A stretch of 64,000 nucleotides of DNA, taken from positions 69,183 through 133,182 of the forward strand of contig JBGTMQ010000008.1 in the NCBI GenBank assembly GCA_041743505.1. The letters are read 5' to 3'. This document shows, piece after piece, positions 1 through 9,409 of this stretch (position 1 is the first letter of the stretch; each line of letters starts with the position of its first letter). Origin of the DNA: Candidatus Saccharimonadia bacterium. Lineage in GTDB: Bacteria > Patescibacteriota > Saccharimonadia > UBA4664. The position numbers and the translations under genes were made by a program. The notes under the pieces were generated by a model. The model had not been told where the DNA came from and made no database searches. It was given only the letters and a program-made list of their open reading frames with translations.

Positions 1-241
1 CCAAATTCTGCAGCTTGCGCAAGATGCAATTAAAGAAGTGACTGCGTGATCGTTCAAGCGCTCGGTCAATCCGGTCATAACCAAGATAGTACAACCCATC
101 GCCGATAGTGTCATGAATGGCAATCAACAACAAAGTCGGGTTAAGAAGGAGGCCGGCGATCAATTCGACCGCTCCAAGGCCCACAAACAACCAACCGGCC
201 CGCACCAGCGGCCGGAGACGCGGTGGGGCTGGCTGATCCAT
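1..241 (-). CDS. Membrane protein, runs off window edge (not in ORF track)
   Basis: Own translation from ATG 241: MDQPAPPRLRPLVRAGWLFVGLGAVELIAGLLLNPTLLLIAIHDTIGDGLYYLG...; open to base 1; AAGGA upstream; hydrophobic segments; HxxxxD could be a CDF-like TM2 motif (weak). Confidence 0.55.
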   Translation of the reverse strand, partial: MDQPAPPRLRPLVRAGWLFVGLGAVELIAGLLLNPTLLLIAIHDTIGDGLYYLGYDRIDRALERSRSHFFNCILRKLQNL

Positions 242-295
242 ACTGGATCCTTTCGCTAGTGTCAAAGAAACAAGCGGCCCTCACCATACCAGCAT

Positions 296-517
296 TTATC
301 GGGCCTGGCAACGCTGGGCAGCTCGCTGCAGCATATAAACTTGGCGGATCAGTAAGTTAATGCACTCATCAGGTCTCTTATTGGCAGTCATACGCTCGAT
401 ATGCCGGCGCATCGTATCTTCCCAGTGTGGTTGGCAGAGGCCTTCATAGTTCTCGCCATTTGGGCTAGCAGGTGTAATAGCATCATTAGAGCAATCAGTC
501 CGGCTACACAAGGTCAT
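296..517 (-). CDS. Small hypothetical protein with Cys/His motif (possible zinc binder)
   Basis: Strong SD GAGGAGG just before ATG; CxxxxC...CxxH pattern. Confidence 0.55.
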   Translation of the reverse strand: MTLCSRTDCSNDAITPASPNGENYEGLCQPHWEDTMRRHIERMTANKRPDECINLLIRQVYMLQRAAQRCQAR

Positions 518-599
518 GACTCCTCCTCAAATATCAATGGACTGTATCTGTATCATAGAAGGTACCATATTTAAAGAAATGTGGTATCCTCAGGGACGT

Positions 600-2282
600 A
601 TGCTTATTAACCTCATTAACATCGGCAAAATCATCGGAGCCAAAGCTCTGTACGACGGCCTGAACCTGACCATCCAGCCAGGCGAGAAAATTGGCCTCAT
701 CGGACGTAATGGCATCGGCAAGACAACCTTGCTTGGAATCATGGCCGGCACGGATTCAGACTTTAGCGGCCAAATCGATCGACGTCGCGGCCTGGTTATC
801 GCCTCAACCGCGCAGGAACATCACGGCGTCATGGACCGGCCGGTGCTTGAGTATGTCCTCGAAAACCTGCCGGAATACGCCCGGCTCAAGCACATTATGG
901 ACAGCTACCCTGAAACCATGGGCGACGATATGAAACTCATCGGCCAATATACCGACGCCCTGTCGCGCTTTGGCGAGCTGGGCTATTACGATATTGAAGC
1001 CCGCGCCCGCGCCGAATTTGAGGCCTTCCAAGTTCCCGCCGACCGTCTCGAGGGGCCCATGAACGCGCTATCCGGCGGCCAAAAGCGATTCGTGGAGCTG
1101 GTCAAGGTCACACTTAGCGACGCCGACCTGGCGCTCATCGACGAGCCCACCAACCACATGGACTATGTCGCCAAAGAAACGTTCATCAAATGGCTGGAGG
1201 CTGCTGAGCAGGCGGTCGTGGTCATTACCCATGACCGCGATGTGCTAGCCGGCGTCGACCGCATCATCGAGATGAAAGGGCATGGCATTATTAATTTCCC
1301 GGGTAACTATGAGGCCTATCTCAAGCAAAATGGCGCTTCCACTGCCAAGGACATCGATACCTATGAAAATGGCCAGAAGCGCATCATCAAGCTTGACAAG
1401 CAAATCCGGGAGGCCCGGGCCAAGAAAGCCAGCTGGAGCGGTACGGCCGACAAAACTAACCCGTTCATGCTGCTCGAGCGCCGCCTCACCAAAGAGCGCG
1501 ATGAACTCCAAACCACCCTCACCAAACCGGATTTCTGGATCGACCAGGAAACCATCGACACCATGCAAGACAAAGTGGTGGCCAAATACGACAAATACAA
1601 AACCCGCAACATCAAACTACGCACCGGAGGCGAGCACCGTCAACGCGGGCTGTTGATAGTTGACGACCTGGTCTTGGGTTATGGCGACGACCCACTATTC
1701 AAGCCGGTCAGCTTCGGGTTGGCGGTTGGTGAGCGCTTGCAAATTCACGGGCGCAATGGCGTCGGCAAGTCAACGCTCATCAAGACCATCCTCGCCACCG
1801 CCGCCAACCGCCCGTCCAGCTCACGAATCCTCGGCGGCGATCTCCAGCTCGACCCCAAGACCATCATCGGCATCTACGAGCAGGAAATCGACGCCAAATA
1901 TCTGGATCTACCACTCGGCGCCGCCATCCATCGGGTTTACGCCGACTTTGGGGTAGCAGTGACGGACCAAAGGGTCAAGCAAGTGCTGGCCGAATACTTG
2001 TTTGACCCGCAACAAGACGGCCGGCTCGAGATCCGGCGCCTCAGCGGTGGACAAAAGGCACGCTTCCAGCTCATCATCATGCTTTGTCACCAACCCAATT
2101 TACTCATTCTCGACGAGCCCACCAATCACCTCGACCTGCCAAGCATCGAGGAGCTCGAAAAAGCTCTCGACCGCTACGCCGGTGCCATTCTATATATTTC
2201 CCACGACTCGTATTTCGCCAAGAATGTCGGCGGGGAAGTGGCTCATATTGTTCCAGCGACGACAATTTCTCCTGTGGGGTAG
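600..2282 (+). CDS. ABC-F family ATPase (two ABC domains, no TM)
   Basis: Two Walker A (GRNGIGKTT, GRNGVGKST), LSGGQK signatures, DEPTNH Walker B; probable start ATG 600 (MLINL) rather than 516. Confidence 0.92.
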   Translation: MLINLINIGKIIGAKALYDGLNLTIQPGEKIGLIGRNGIGKTTLLGIMAGTDSDFSGQIDRRRGLVIASTAQEHHGVMDRPVLEYVLENLPEYARLKHIMDSYPETMGDDMKLIGQYTDALSRFGELGYYDIEARARAEFEAFQVPADRLEGPMNALSGGQKRFVELVKVTLSDADLALIDEPTNHMDYVAKETFIKWLEAAEQAVVVITHDRDVLAGVDRIIEMKGHGIINFPGNYEAYLKQNGASTAKDIDTYENGQKRIIKLDKQIREARAKKASWSGTADKTNPFMLLERRLTKERDELQTTLTKPDFWIDQETIDTMQDKVVAKYDKYKTRNIKLRTGGEHRQRGLLIVDDLVLGYGDDPLFKPVSFGLAVGERLQIHGRNGVGKSTLIKTILATAANRPSSSRILGGDLQLDPKTIIGIYEQEIDAKYLDLPLGAAIHRVYADFGVAVTDQRVKQVLAEYLFDPQQDGRLEIRRLSGGQKARFQLIIMLCHQPNLLILDEPTNHLDLPSIEELEKALDRYAGAILYISHDSYFAKNVGGEVAHIVPATTISPVG

Positions 2283-2297
2283 TGATAAGATAAGTAC

Positions 2298-3131
2298 ATG
2301 AAGATAGATAACTTTCACTCCGACGGCCATGGCCATCCAGCTGAAGACGTCGCAGGCCATATCACAGACAGCGCAGGAGGCGTTTTTGCTGTTTTTGATG
2401 GGGTAACATTGCTGCACTATGATCCATACCCGGATCCCTCACCGGCCGCTATCGCTGCCCGGCGCGCGGTTGAAGCCGTCAAGAATGGCTACCGGCACAT
2501 CGGTGACCGGAAAATCAGCGAGCGTGACATGCGAGAGCTCATGGTGCAGGCAAATGACGCTATCCAGGCCTACAATAATGAGCTCGGCACCACGCCTAAT
2601 ACAGTTGATTTCCTCCGTCGCCAATATGCTGCCGCAGTCGGAGCTGCCGTTGTGATCAGCGGCCACAATCTTCATGCCGCACAGATCAACGACACCGAGT
2701 TATGTATCCTAAACCAGGATGGAGACCGCGTTTATCATTTAGCCAGTGATAAAACAGTCTTTTATCAATACCTGCGTCATCTTCAAGAAACAGGCGCACT
2801 CTCCAAGGGCACGCCGGAGGAGCATCACTACATTCGAAGTAAACTAGTCAATCATGAAGATGTCACCTATGAAGGTCGCTCGGCCCGTTCCGGTGTATTC
2901 ACCGGCGAGCAGGTCGCCAATAACTTCATTATGACAGGTGAGTTTCGCCTTGAACCAACGATGATAGTGCTCGTCTACAGTGATGGGTTCCTGCCTCTGC
3001 TAAAACAACCCGGTTTTTGCCATCTGTTAGCTTCGGCTGATTCGGATGAAATCAACCGGTCTATTGCTCAGCTCGAGAAACACGGCGCCAAATATCGGAG
3101 CGAAAAAACTATGATTCGTATTAGGGTCTAG
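2298..3131 (+). CDS. PP2C/PPM-type protein phosphatase-like protein
   Basis: ED, AVFDGV, AQIND, YSDG motifs of the PP2C fold. Confidence 0.7.
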   Translation: MKIDNFHSDGHGHPAEDVAGHITDSAGGVFAVFDGVTLLHYDPYPDPSPAAIAARRAVEAVKNGYRHIGDRKISERDMRELMVQANDAIQAYNNELGTTPNTVDFLRRQYAAAVGAAVVISGHNLHAAQINDTELCILNQDGDRVYHLASDKTVFYQYLRHLQETGALSKGTPEEHHYIRSKLVNHEDVTYEGRSARSGVFTGEQVANNFIMTGEFRLEPTMIVLVYSDGFLPLLKQPGFCHLLASADSDEINRSIAQLEKHGAKYRSEKTMIRIRV

Positions 3132-3169
3132 CCTTGTAATTTCGCGTTACCGTAACCATAATTATATCC

Positions 3170-4030
3170 ATGACTCCTCAGGAAGCACTCGATTACATCA
3201 ATGCCGCCCACCCCGCCAAGGCCTATACGCTAAAAGCCCAGTTTAGTGGCGGCGAAAATCAGGGCGCGTTCCTCATAGTTGCCACCGACGGTACCCGGGA
3301 CGTTCTCAAGCTCAGCCGCAACCCGCTCTGGCTCAACCAGATCAAACGGGCCAAGGCCGCCACCGATCATCTGCGACCGTTAGGTTATCCGGCCCCCACC
3401 TATGGCCTTCTGGACGCTACTGATCGCGGCAGCTTCTGGATTCAAAACGAGCTTCCAGGCGAAAAACTCGTCAACCCGACAACCGAACAAATCCAAAACC
3501 TTATCAATACCATCGAGCTTCAAAAAGACCAGGTTATCTTTGAAGTTCAAGGTCAGGATTGGTGCTGGTACATTGGCAGTGTCGTTTTTCGTGGCGAATC
3601 CGGCCACGTTCGCGTCCTCATGCAATTCTCGACCGTCACCTCGGCTCTGGTATCCCGGGTTGAAGGCCTCGTGACGGGGTTAGAAGGCAAAGTTCTACCC
3701 AAACTCGATTTGGTCCATGGCGACTATAGTATCAACCAAATCCTAGCGACCGGACCCCAAATTACAGGCGTGCTCGACTGGGATCAGGCCGGCTATGGCG
3801 ACCGCACTCAAGATTTAATCGACCTCTGGTATTCACTCATCGATCTGCCTGAGCCGCGCGATCTGGTCATGAGCCATCTCCATACAATCTCTGACCCCCA
3901 GGTTATCAAGATCTTCGCCGCCTACAAAATGCTGGCAGTTATTGCATGGCACATCAATAAGATCCATGGCGATGTCGAAACTGCAGCTGCCCAGGCTAGC
4001 ACCGCGCTCGACCTGCTCGAAGCCATCTAG
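3170..4030 (+). CDS. Aminoglycoside phosphotransferase (APH)/choline kinase family
   Basis: VLK, LVHGDY..NQ and LDWD motifs. Confidence 0.85.
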   Translation: MTPQEALDYINAAHPAKAYTLKAQFSGGENQGAFLIVATDGTRDVLKLSRNPLWLNQIKRAKAATDHLRPLGYPAPTYGLLDATDRGSFWIQNELPGEKLVNPTTEQIQNLINTIELQKDQVIFEVQGQDWCWYIGSVVFRGESGHVRVLMQFSTVTSALVSRVEGLVTGLEGKVLPKLDLVHGDYSINQILATGPQITGVLDWDQAGYGDRTQDLIDLWYSLIDLPEPRDLVMSHLHTISDPQVIKIFAAYKMLAVIAWHINKIHGDVETAAAQASTALDLLEAI

Positions 4031-4050
4031 ATATGCTAGACTAAACCAGT

Positions 4051-5442
4051 ATGAGTGGTCATTTCTACTTCATTGGTATCGCAGGCCATACGATTCGGGC
4101 GGTTGCGTTAGCGGTCCGCCAGCAAGGGCATGACGTCAGTGGCCTCGATGAAACAGCCGTGCCGCCTGGCAGTGATTGGCTCGACAAACAAGGCATCCTC
4201 TGGAGCCGGACTTTCGCGCCAGAGCAACTTGATGGGGTTTCAGCCGTAATTGTAACCGGCGCGCACGCTACCGAAGATCACCCGGCCATACTTGAGGCCA
4301 AAAAGCGGGGCATCGAAATTAAATCCTGGGCTAATCTCGTTGGTGAATTAACGACTGGTAAGCGCTCGGTCGTGGTGGCCGGCACTCATGGCAAGACCAC
4401 CACAACTTCATTGATTGCCTGGATCATGGAAGGCGCTGGGCACCAACCGGATTTCTTAATTGGTATCCAGCCATTCAACTTCGACTCAAGCGTCCGTCTA
4501 ACCGGCGCAGATTTGGTAGTGATGGAAGGCGATGAATATAAGGCCTCAGAGCTTGACCCCGTTCCCAAGCTACACTACTACCATCCCGATGTGCTGGTGC
4601 TAACCTCCATCGAACATGATCATCCCGATATGTACGCCGATCTTGAAGCTGTGGTTGGTGAGTTTACTAAAGTGGTCCAGGCGCTGCCATCAGACGGACG
4701 GCTCGTCGCCTGGTCGGGTAGTGAAACCGTGAAGCACATAGCACACAAAGCTAAATGCCAGGTCATAACGTATGGATTAGAAGAAGGCGATTACATCGCC
4801 CGCAACATTACCTACCTACCGACCGGCATCGAATTCGACGTCGAAACGAGCGAAGGTGTCATTGGCCGGATGGCCGTGCCTCTGTATGGCCGGCACAATG
4901 TCCTCAACGCATTAGCGGCCATAGCCGTAGCAGTAGGGGAAGGTCTGGTGCTCGATCAGCTACTAGACCCCGCCGCGACCTTCAAAGGTGCCTACCGTCG
5001 GTTTAATATACTGACCCGTCCAAAAGACCGAGTTACGGTCATTGACGACTATGCCCATCACCCCACAGAAATCCAAACTACCATCGAGGCGGCCAAATTA
5101 CATTTTAAAAATCAGCGGCTGGTGATAGTTTTCCGGCCACACACCTACTCGCGGACCAAAGCCTTTCTTGCCGAATACCAAGCCGCCTTCGATGGTGCCG
5201 GCACCATCTATATCACCGACATCGAGGGCGACCGCGAAGCCGCGCACCGGCAAACCGTTAGCGGGGCTGATATCGTTTCCGGACTTAGTAAAACAGCCGT
5301 GTTCGAGCCGGACCGAACCAAGCTGGCCGACCGTATAGCAGCCGATGCCAGAGCCGGTGACGTAGTGATATGCATGTCAGTATCCGGTTACCAAGATATC
5401 GCACCTGAGCTAGCTAGCTGCCTGAGCGAGGAGTTAGCATGA
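4051..5442 (+). CDS. murC: UDP-N-acetylmuramate--L-alanine ligase (MurC/Mpl family)
   Basis: FIGIAG, AGTHGKTTTTS, EGDEY, DHPD, DDYAHHPTEI, F.PHTYSRT motifs; MurC versus Mpl not resolved. Confidence 0.82.
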   Translation: MSGHFYFIGIAGHTIRAVALAVRQQGHDVSGLDETAVPPGSDWLDKQGILWSRTFAPEQLDGVSAVIVTGAHATEDHPAILEAKKRGIEIKSWANLVGELTTGKRSVVVAGTHGKTTTTSLIAWIMEGAGHQPDFLIGIQPFNFDSSVRLTGADLVVMEGDEYKASELDPVPKLHYYHPDVLVLTSIEHDHPDMYADLEAVVGEFTKVVQALPSDGRLVAWSGSETVKHIAHKAKCQVITYGLEEGDYIARNITYLPTGIEFDVETSEGVIGRMAVPLYGRHNVLNALAAIAVAVGEGLVLDQLLDPAATFKGAYRRFNILTRPKDRVTVIDDYAHHPTEIQTTIEAAKLHFKNQRLVIVFRPHTYSRTKAFLAEYQAAFDGAGTIYITDIEGDREAAHRQTVSGADIVSGLSKTAVFEPDRTKLADRIAADARAGDVVICMSVSGYQDIAPELASCLSEELA

Positions 5443-5864
5443 AAACCGCGTCTACCAGCGCCGGATTGATCGTTCGCCTTGAAATCGGCGACTATATCCT
5501 CAGTAGTATAGAGACGGCCTGCAGCGAACATGGTATTCACAACGCCGAGGTTACCGGCCTCGGGTCAGCCGAAAAACTCACCCTAGCCCACTATCGCCGC
5601 GATACCAAAAAGTTTACCGAGCGGCAGCTTGACGGCATTTACGAAGTTGTTTCGCTCATCGGAAACGTCAGTCTGGTAGACGGCCAGCCGTTTGCCCATT
5701 GTCACATCGCCGTCTCTGATGCGGCTATGACAGTATTTGGCGGCCATTTGGCCAGAGGCGTTTGTTCGGCCACCCTCGAACTCATGATTCGGCCGCTACC
5801 CACTGCCTTCACGAAGGCCTACGACGACGACATTGGACTCAAGCTCTGGAACCTTGCCGCTTAG
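5439..5864 (+). CDS. PPC/DUF296 domain protein
   Basis: RLExG, GLGS, EVVSLIGN, HCH, GGHL motifs; overlaps the murC stop. Confidence 0.88.
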   Translation: MKTASTSAGLIVRLEIGDYILSSIETACSEHGIHNAEVTGLGSAEKLTLAHYRRDTKKFTERQLDGIYEVVSLIGNVSLVDGQPFAHCHIAVSDAAMTVFGGHLARGVCSATLELMIRPLPTAFTKAYDDDIGLKLWNLAA

Positions 5865-5916
5865 AGCGATACAATAACTACCTGCACCTTAAGATACACA
5901 CAACCGAGGAGGAACA

Positions 5917-7746
5917 ATGTCACTGGCTGTAACCACAGCACAGGAGTTTGCTAATCCCAATGTCGAGCGGTTTGTCGACGCCTGGGTCAAGCACTGCCGA
6001 CCCGATGAAGTGGTCTGGTGTGATGGCAGCGAAGAAGAAGACTGGACGCTGCGCCGCCAAATGGTCCGCGCCGGCACGCTGCGACAGCTTGATCATGCCA
6101 TATGGCCAAACAGCCATCTGGCCCTGTCCGACCCTCGCGATGTTGCCAGGGTCGAGAACCGGACCTTCATCTGCACGACCAACGTAGCCGACGCCGGCCC
6201 CACCAATAACTGGATGGCGCCGGGCGAGATGCGTGCCAGCATGTGGCAGTTATTTGCCGGCAGTATGCGCGGACGCACTATGTACGTCGTGCCCTATTGC
6301 ATGGGACCGCTAGGTAGCCCGTTCTCGCGTATCAGCATTATGGTGACAGATTCGCCCTATGCCGTCGTAAGTATGCGTATCATGGCTCGAATGGGCATCG
6401 AGGTGCTCCGCGCAATGACCAAGCACGATGATTTCATCGCCGGCGTCCATTCAGTGGGGGTCCCACTTGAATCAGGCCAGCCCGACGTGCCTTGGCCCTG
6501 TAATCCGGACAACATCACCATCAGCCATTTTCCAGAGCGTCAGCAAATCTGGTCCTTCGGCTCCGGCTATGGAGGCAACGCCCTGCTCGGCAAAAAGTGC
6601 CTGGCATTGCGGCTTGGCTCAGCGGCTGCGGTCAAGGAGGGGTGGTTGGCCGAGCACATGCTTATCATTAGGGTGACAAGTCCGGAGGACAAGGTTCACT
6701 ACCTGGCGGCAGCCTTCCCGTCAGCCTGTGGCAAGACCAACTTCGCCATGATGCAACCGGCTCTTCCAGGATGGGGGATCGAAACACTAGGAGATGATAT
6801 TGCCTGGATGCGATTTGGTGACGATGGCCGTCTCTATGCGATCAACCCGGAAGCCGGATTTTTTGGGGTTGTCCCGCACACTAGTCCCCAAACCAACCCC
6901 CACATGATCGAGGCCATGGGTCGGGGCAACGTTCTGTTCACAAACGTCGCCTACACTGAAGCCGGCGATATCTGGTGGGAGGGAATCGGCCATTCGGCTC
7001 CATCAAACCTGCGCGATTGGCGTGGGCAACCATGGTGCCAAGGCCAAGACACTCCAGCGGCCCACCCCAACGCCCGGGCGGCAGTACCACTTGGCAACCT
7101 GTCAATTGCTGATGCCTACACCTGGGACGATCCCGCGGGTGTGCCGATCTCGGCAATCCTGTATGGCGGCCGGCGCCCGAACATAGTACCGCTGGTGCGG
7201 GAAGCCAGAAATTGGACGGAAGCCGTGTTCGGAGCAGCCACATTGGCGTCCGAGACTACGGCCGCTGCCGAAGGACCAATTGGCCGGTTGCGGTTCGACC
7301 CGTCGGCAATGAAACCGTTCCTCGGTTGCAATGTCGGCGATTACTACCGCCATTGGCTGGAACTGGCGAACAAAGCACCGCACCCCGGCGCACTGCCGGA
7401 AGTCTTCTTTGTCAACTGGTTCCGCAAAAACGCCGATAACCAGTTCCTCTGGCCGGGCTTCGGCGAAAACGCCCGGGTACTTGAGTGGATCTTCCGCCGG
7501 CTCGATGACCAAGTCGGCGCCCACGAGACACCCATCGGGCTCCTGCCTCACCCGGAAGATCTCAATCTGGACGGGCTCGATCTGATTCCCGAAGCTCTGG
7601 CCGAGCTCACCAGCTACAGCCCCGCAGCCTGGGCCCACGAGCTGGCGCAGTATAACGATCACCTGGATTCATTGGGTGATCGTCTGCCGGTTGAACTACA
7701 CCAGTGGCTGGAGCAGTTACGATCAGCAGTAGCAAGCGAGCAATAG
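5917..7746 (+). CDS. pckG: Phosphoenolpyruvate carboxykinase (GTP)
   Basis: DVARVE, GSGYGGNALLGKKC, AFPSACGKTN, GDDIAW, NPEAGFFGV; SD GAGGAGG. Confidence 0.97.
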   Translation: MSLAVTTAQEFANPNVERFVDAWVKHCRPDEVVWCDGSEEEDWTLRRQMVRAGTLRQLDHAIWPNSHLALSDPRDVARVENRTFICTTNVADAGPTNNWMAPGEMRASMWQLFAGSMRGRTMYVVPYCMGPLGSPFSRISIMVTDSPYAVVSMRIMARMGIEVLRAMTKHDDFIAGVHSVGVPLESGQPDVPWPCNPDNITISHFPERQQIWSFGSGYGGNALLGKKCLALRLGSAAAVKEGWLAEHMLIIRVTSPEDKVHYLAAAFPSACGKTNFAMMQPALPGWGIETLGDDIAWMRFGDDGRLYAINPEAGFFGVVPHTSPQTNPHMIEAMGRGNVLFTNVAYTEAGDIWWEGIGHSAPSNLRDWRGQPWCQGQDTPAAHPNARAAVPLGNLSIADAYTWDDPAGVPISAILYGGRRPNIVPLVREARNWTEAVFGAATLASETTAAAEGPIGRLRFDPSAMKPFLGCNVGDYYRHWLELANKAPHPGALPEVFFVNWFRKNADNQFLWPGFGENARVLEWIFRRLDDQVGAHETPIGLLPHPEDLNLDGLDLIPEALAELTSYSPAAWAHELAQYNDHLDSLGDRLPVELHQWLEQLRSAVASEQ

Positions 7747-7807
7747 CCCGCCGCGTTGGTTCTTTGTCCCTATTATGGGCAAGGAATCAACGCTTTTTCT
7801 ATCAATA

Positions 7808-7848
7808 CAAAAAAAACCCTGCCATCCGGAAAACCGGATAGAAGGGTC
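7808..7848 (-). terminator. Probable intrinsic terminator between convergent pckG and GDH-like gene
   Basis: ATCCGG-AAAA-CCGGAT hairpin with ACCCT/AGGGT base and an A-run that reads as a U-tract on the minus strand. Confidence 0.55.
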
Positions 7849-7864
7849 ATGATGCGGGCTCTGT

Positions 7865-9151
7865 CTAGTTAAGCGAGATACCCATGGATGCGAGCCGGTT
7901 GCTGTAGGCAAGAGCTTGGGCTCCCTCGGTCAAGGTATGAATGTCAAACTGCCTCATAACCTTCATGACCGCCTGAAAGTCCTGACTAGCCCTGTCATGG
8001 ACTCGCTCCAAGACGGCATCCTGGTCGCCCTTGAAGTGGGCCAGCTCCAGATCCGAGCCGTAGACGCCATAAATGCTGTCGAGCCGGTCGGTCAAGTAAA
8101 TCTTCCCGTTTGCTCTCAGAATCTCCTGAGCACCCCAGGTACCGAAACCGTTGGCCGGGCCGGCCACCAGGTCTGCTTGAACCAAGTTTGCATTGTCGAC
8201 CGTAAGAATGTTCTCCTTGGATGCGACTGCTAGGAGAACAGCATTCAAGCCGAGCCATTCCTCGTCATCAACCATGGTAGTGTCCCGGAAGCCAGCGACA
8301 CTACCCGTCACCTTCGTGTGCCGGGACAGATCATCGACATCAATGTTCGATTTCGACTTGATATTGCCCCATTCGTCTGCCACACCGACAATACGGCAGC
8401 CCCAGCGCTGCAGGAAGCGGGCCATAACCTGGCCGGCCTTACCGAACCCGTGGACGATGACCGGTGTTCCGAATTCCAATGGCATGCCATAGTGGCCGGC
8501 AGCCAGGTGCGCCATAACAGCGGCACCGTAACCGGTACATAGGCTTTGACCCGGCAACGCGCCGGGCTTGCCGGTAACACCGTCGGGGCCGACGATTTCA
8601 GCCATCACAGCCATATGCTCAGGCTTACTACCCAGGTCGGTGGCCGCAACGTACGTTGAACCAAGAATATCCCGGAAGCAAACGGCAAATCCACGAGCCA
8701 CGCCCACCAGCTCAGCAGGCGTGTAATGGTTGGCGTCAATTGGCACTCCGCTCTTGCCACCTTCTTTGTAAATGCCGAGGACATCGGCCTTATCAAGCAT
8801 GCCCCGACTCAGGAAACACATTTCTGGGCCGGTTACGCTCGTATCGAGCCGCCAACCGCCCTTATAAACGCCTTGGAGCCGCAGACAGTCATGCCATGGG
8901 TCGTAGGCCGAGGACAGAGCTACCAGGCCGGTCATCTCCTCACCAAACGGCTGCAGATGCTCGTCGAGCGCACGGAATTGGCGTTCCAGCAACTCAGTCT
9001 TACCGGTGACGGCCATTCGCTGCTCAGCATTAAGGCCCATTTTGGCGATCACCCGACTACTCAGTTCATCAGCATCTTGGATCAGGACTTCACCGCTTGC
9101 GATGTCGTCGGCGCGGACGGGTCCGGGTCCGGTCAGCAGACTGGACATCAT
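7865..9151 (-). CDS. Glu/Leu/Phe/Val dehydrogenase family, divergent
   Basis: YKGGWR, GGKSG, ATDLG, VTGKP, TGYG, Rossmann HGFGKAG, GPAN motifs. Confidence 0.85.
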   Translation of the reverse strand: MMSSLLTGPGPVRADDIASGEVLIQDADELSSRVIAKMGLNAEQRMAVTGKTELLERQFRALDEHLQPFGEEMTGLVALSSAYDPWHDCLRLQGVYKGGWRLDTSVTGPEMCFLSRGMLDKADVLGIYKEGGKSGVPIDANHYTPAELVGVARGFAVCFRDILGSTYVAATDLGSKPEHMAVMAEIVGPDGVTGKPGALPGQSLCTGYGAAVMAHLAAGHYGMPLEFGTPVIVHGFGKAGQVMARFLQRWGCRIVGVADEWGNIKSKSNIDVDDLSRHTKVTGSVAGFRDTTMVDDEEWLGLNAVLLAVASKENILTVDNANLVQADLVAGPANGFGTWGAQEILRANGKIYLTDRLDSIYGVYGSDLELAHFKGDQDAVLERVHDRASQDFQAVMKVMRQFDIHTLTEGAQALAYSNRLASMGISLN

Positions 9152-9306
9152 ACCTTCTCTCGGATAGCAGGGTTTCTGGCCATTACTTCATTAACTGCAC
9201 ACACGTTGCACAATATGTGCAATAATGACTTCATTACTCTACCACTCCCAGCCTAATATGACAACTCCCAGTGACACTTTTGACACTTTCGTTTATATAC
9301 CTCAGC

Positions 9307-9335
9307 TTGATAAGGCTATCAAAATACTTTAGAAT
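9307..9335 (+). promoter_or_regulatory. sigma70-like promoter for fusA
   Basis: TTGATA-17 nt-TAGAAT. Confidence 0.6.
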
Positions 9336-9409
9336 AACATCAACCAGTGCGCTCGGCGCTGTTTTGTTTTGCGCCGAATCTAACTAATCAAAGGATTTCA
9401 TTCACTACC

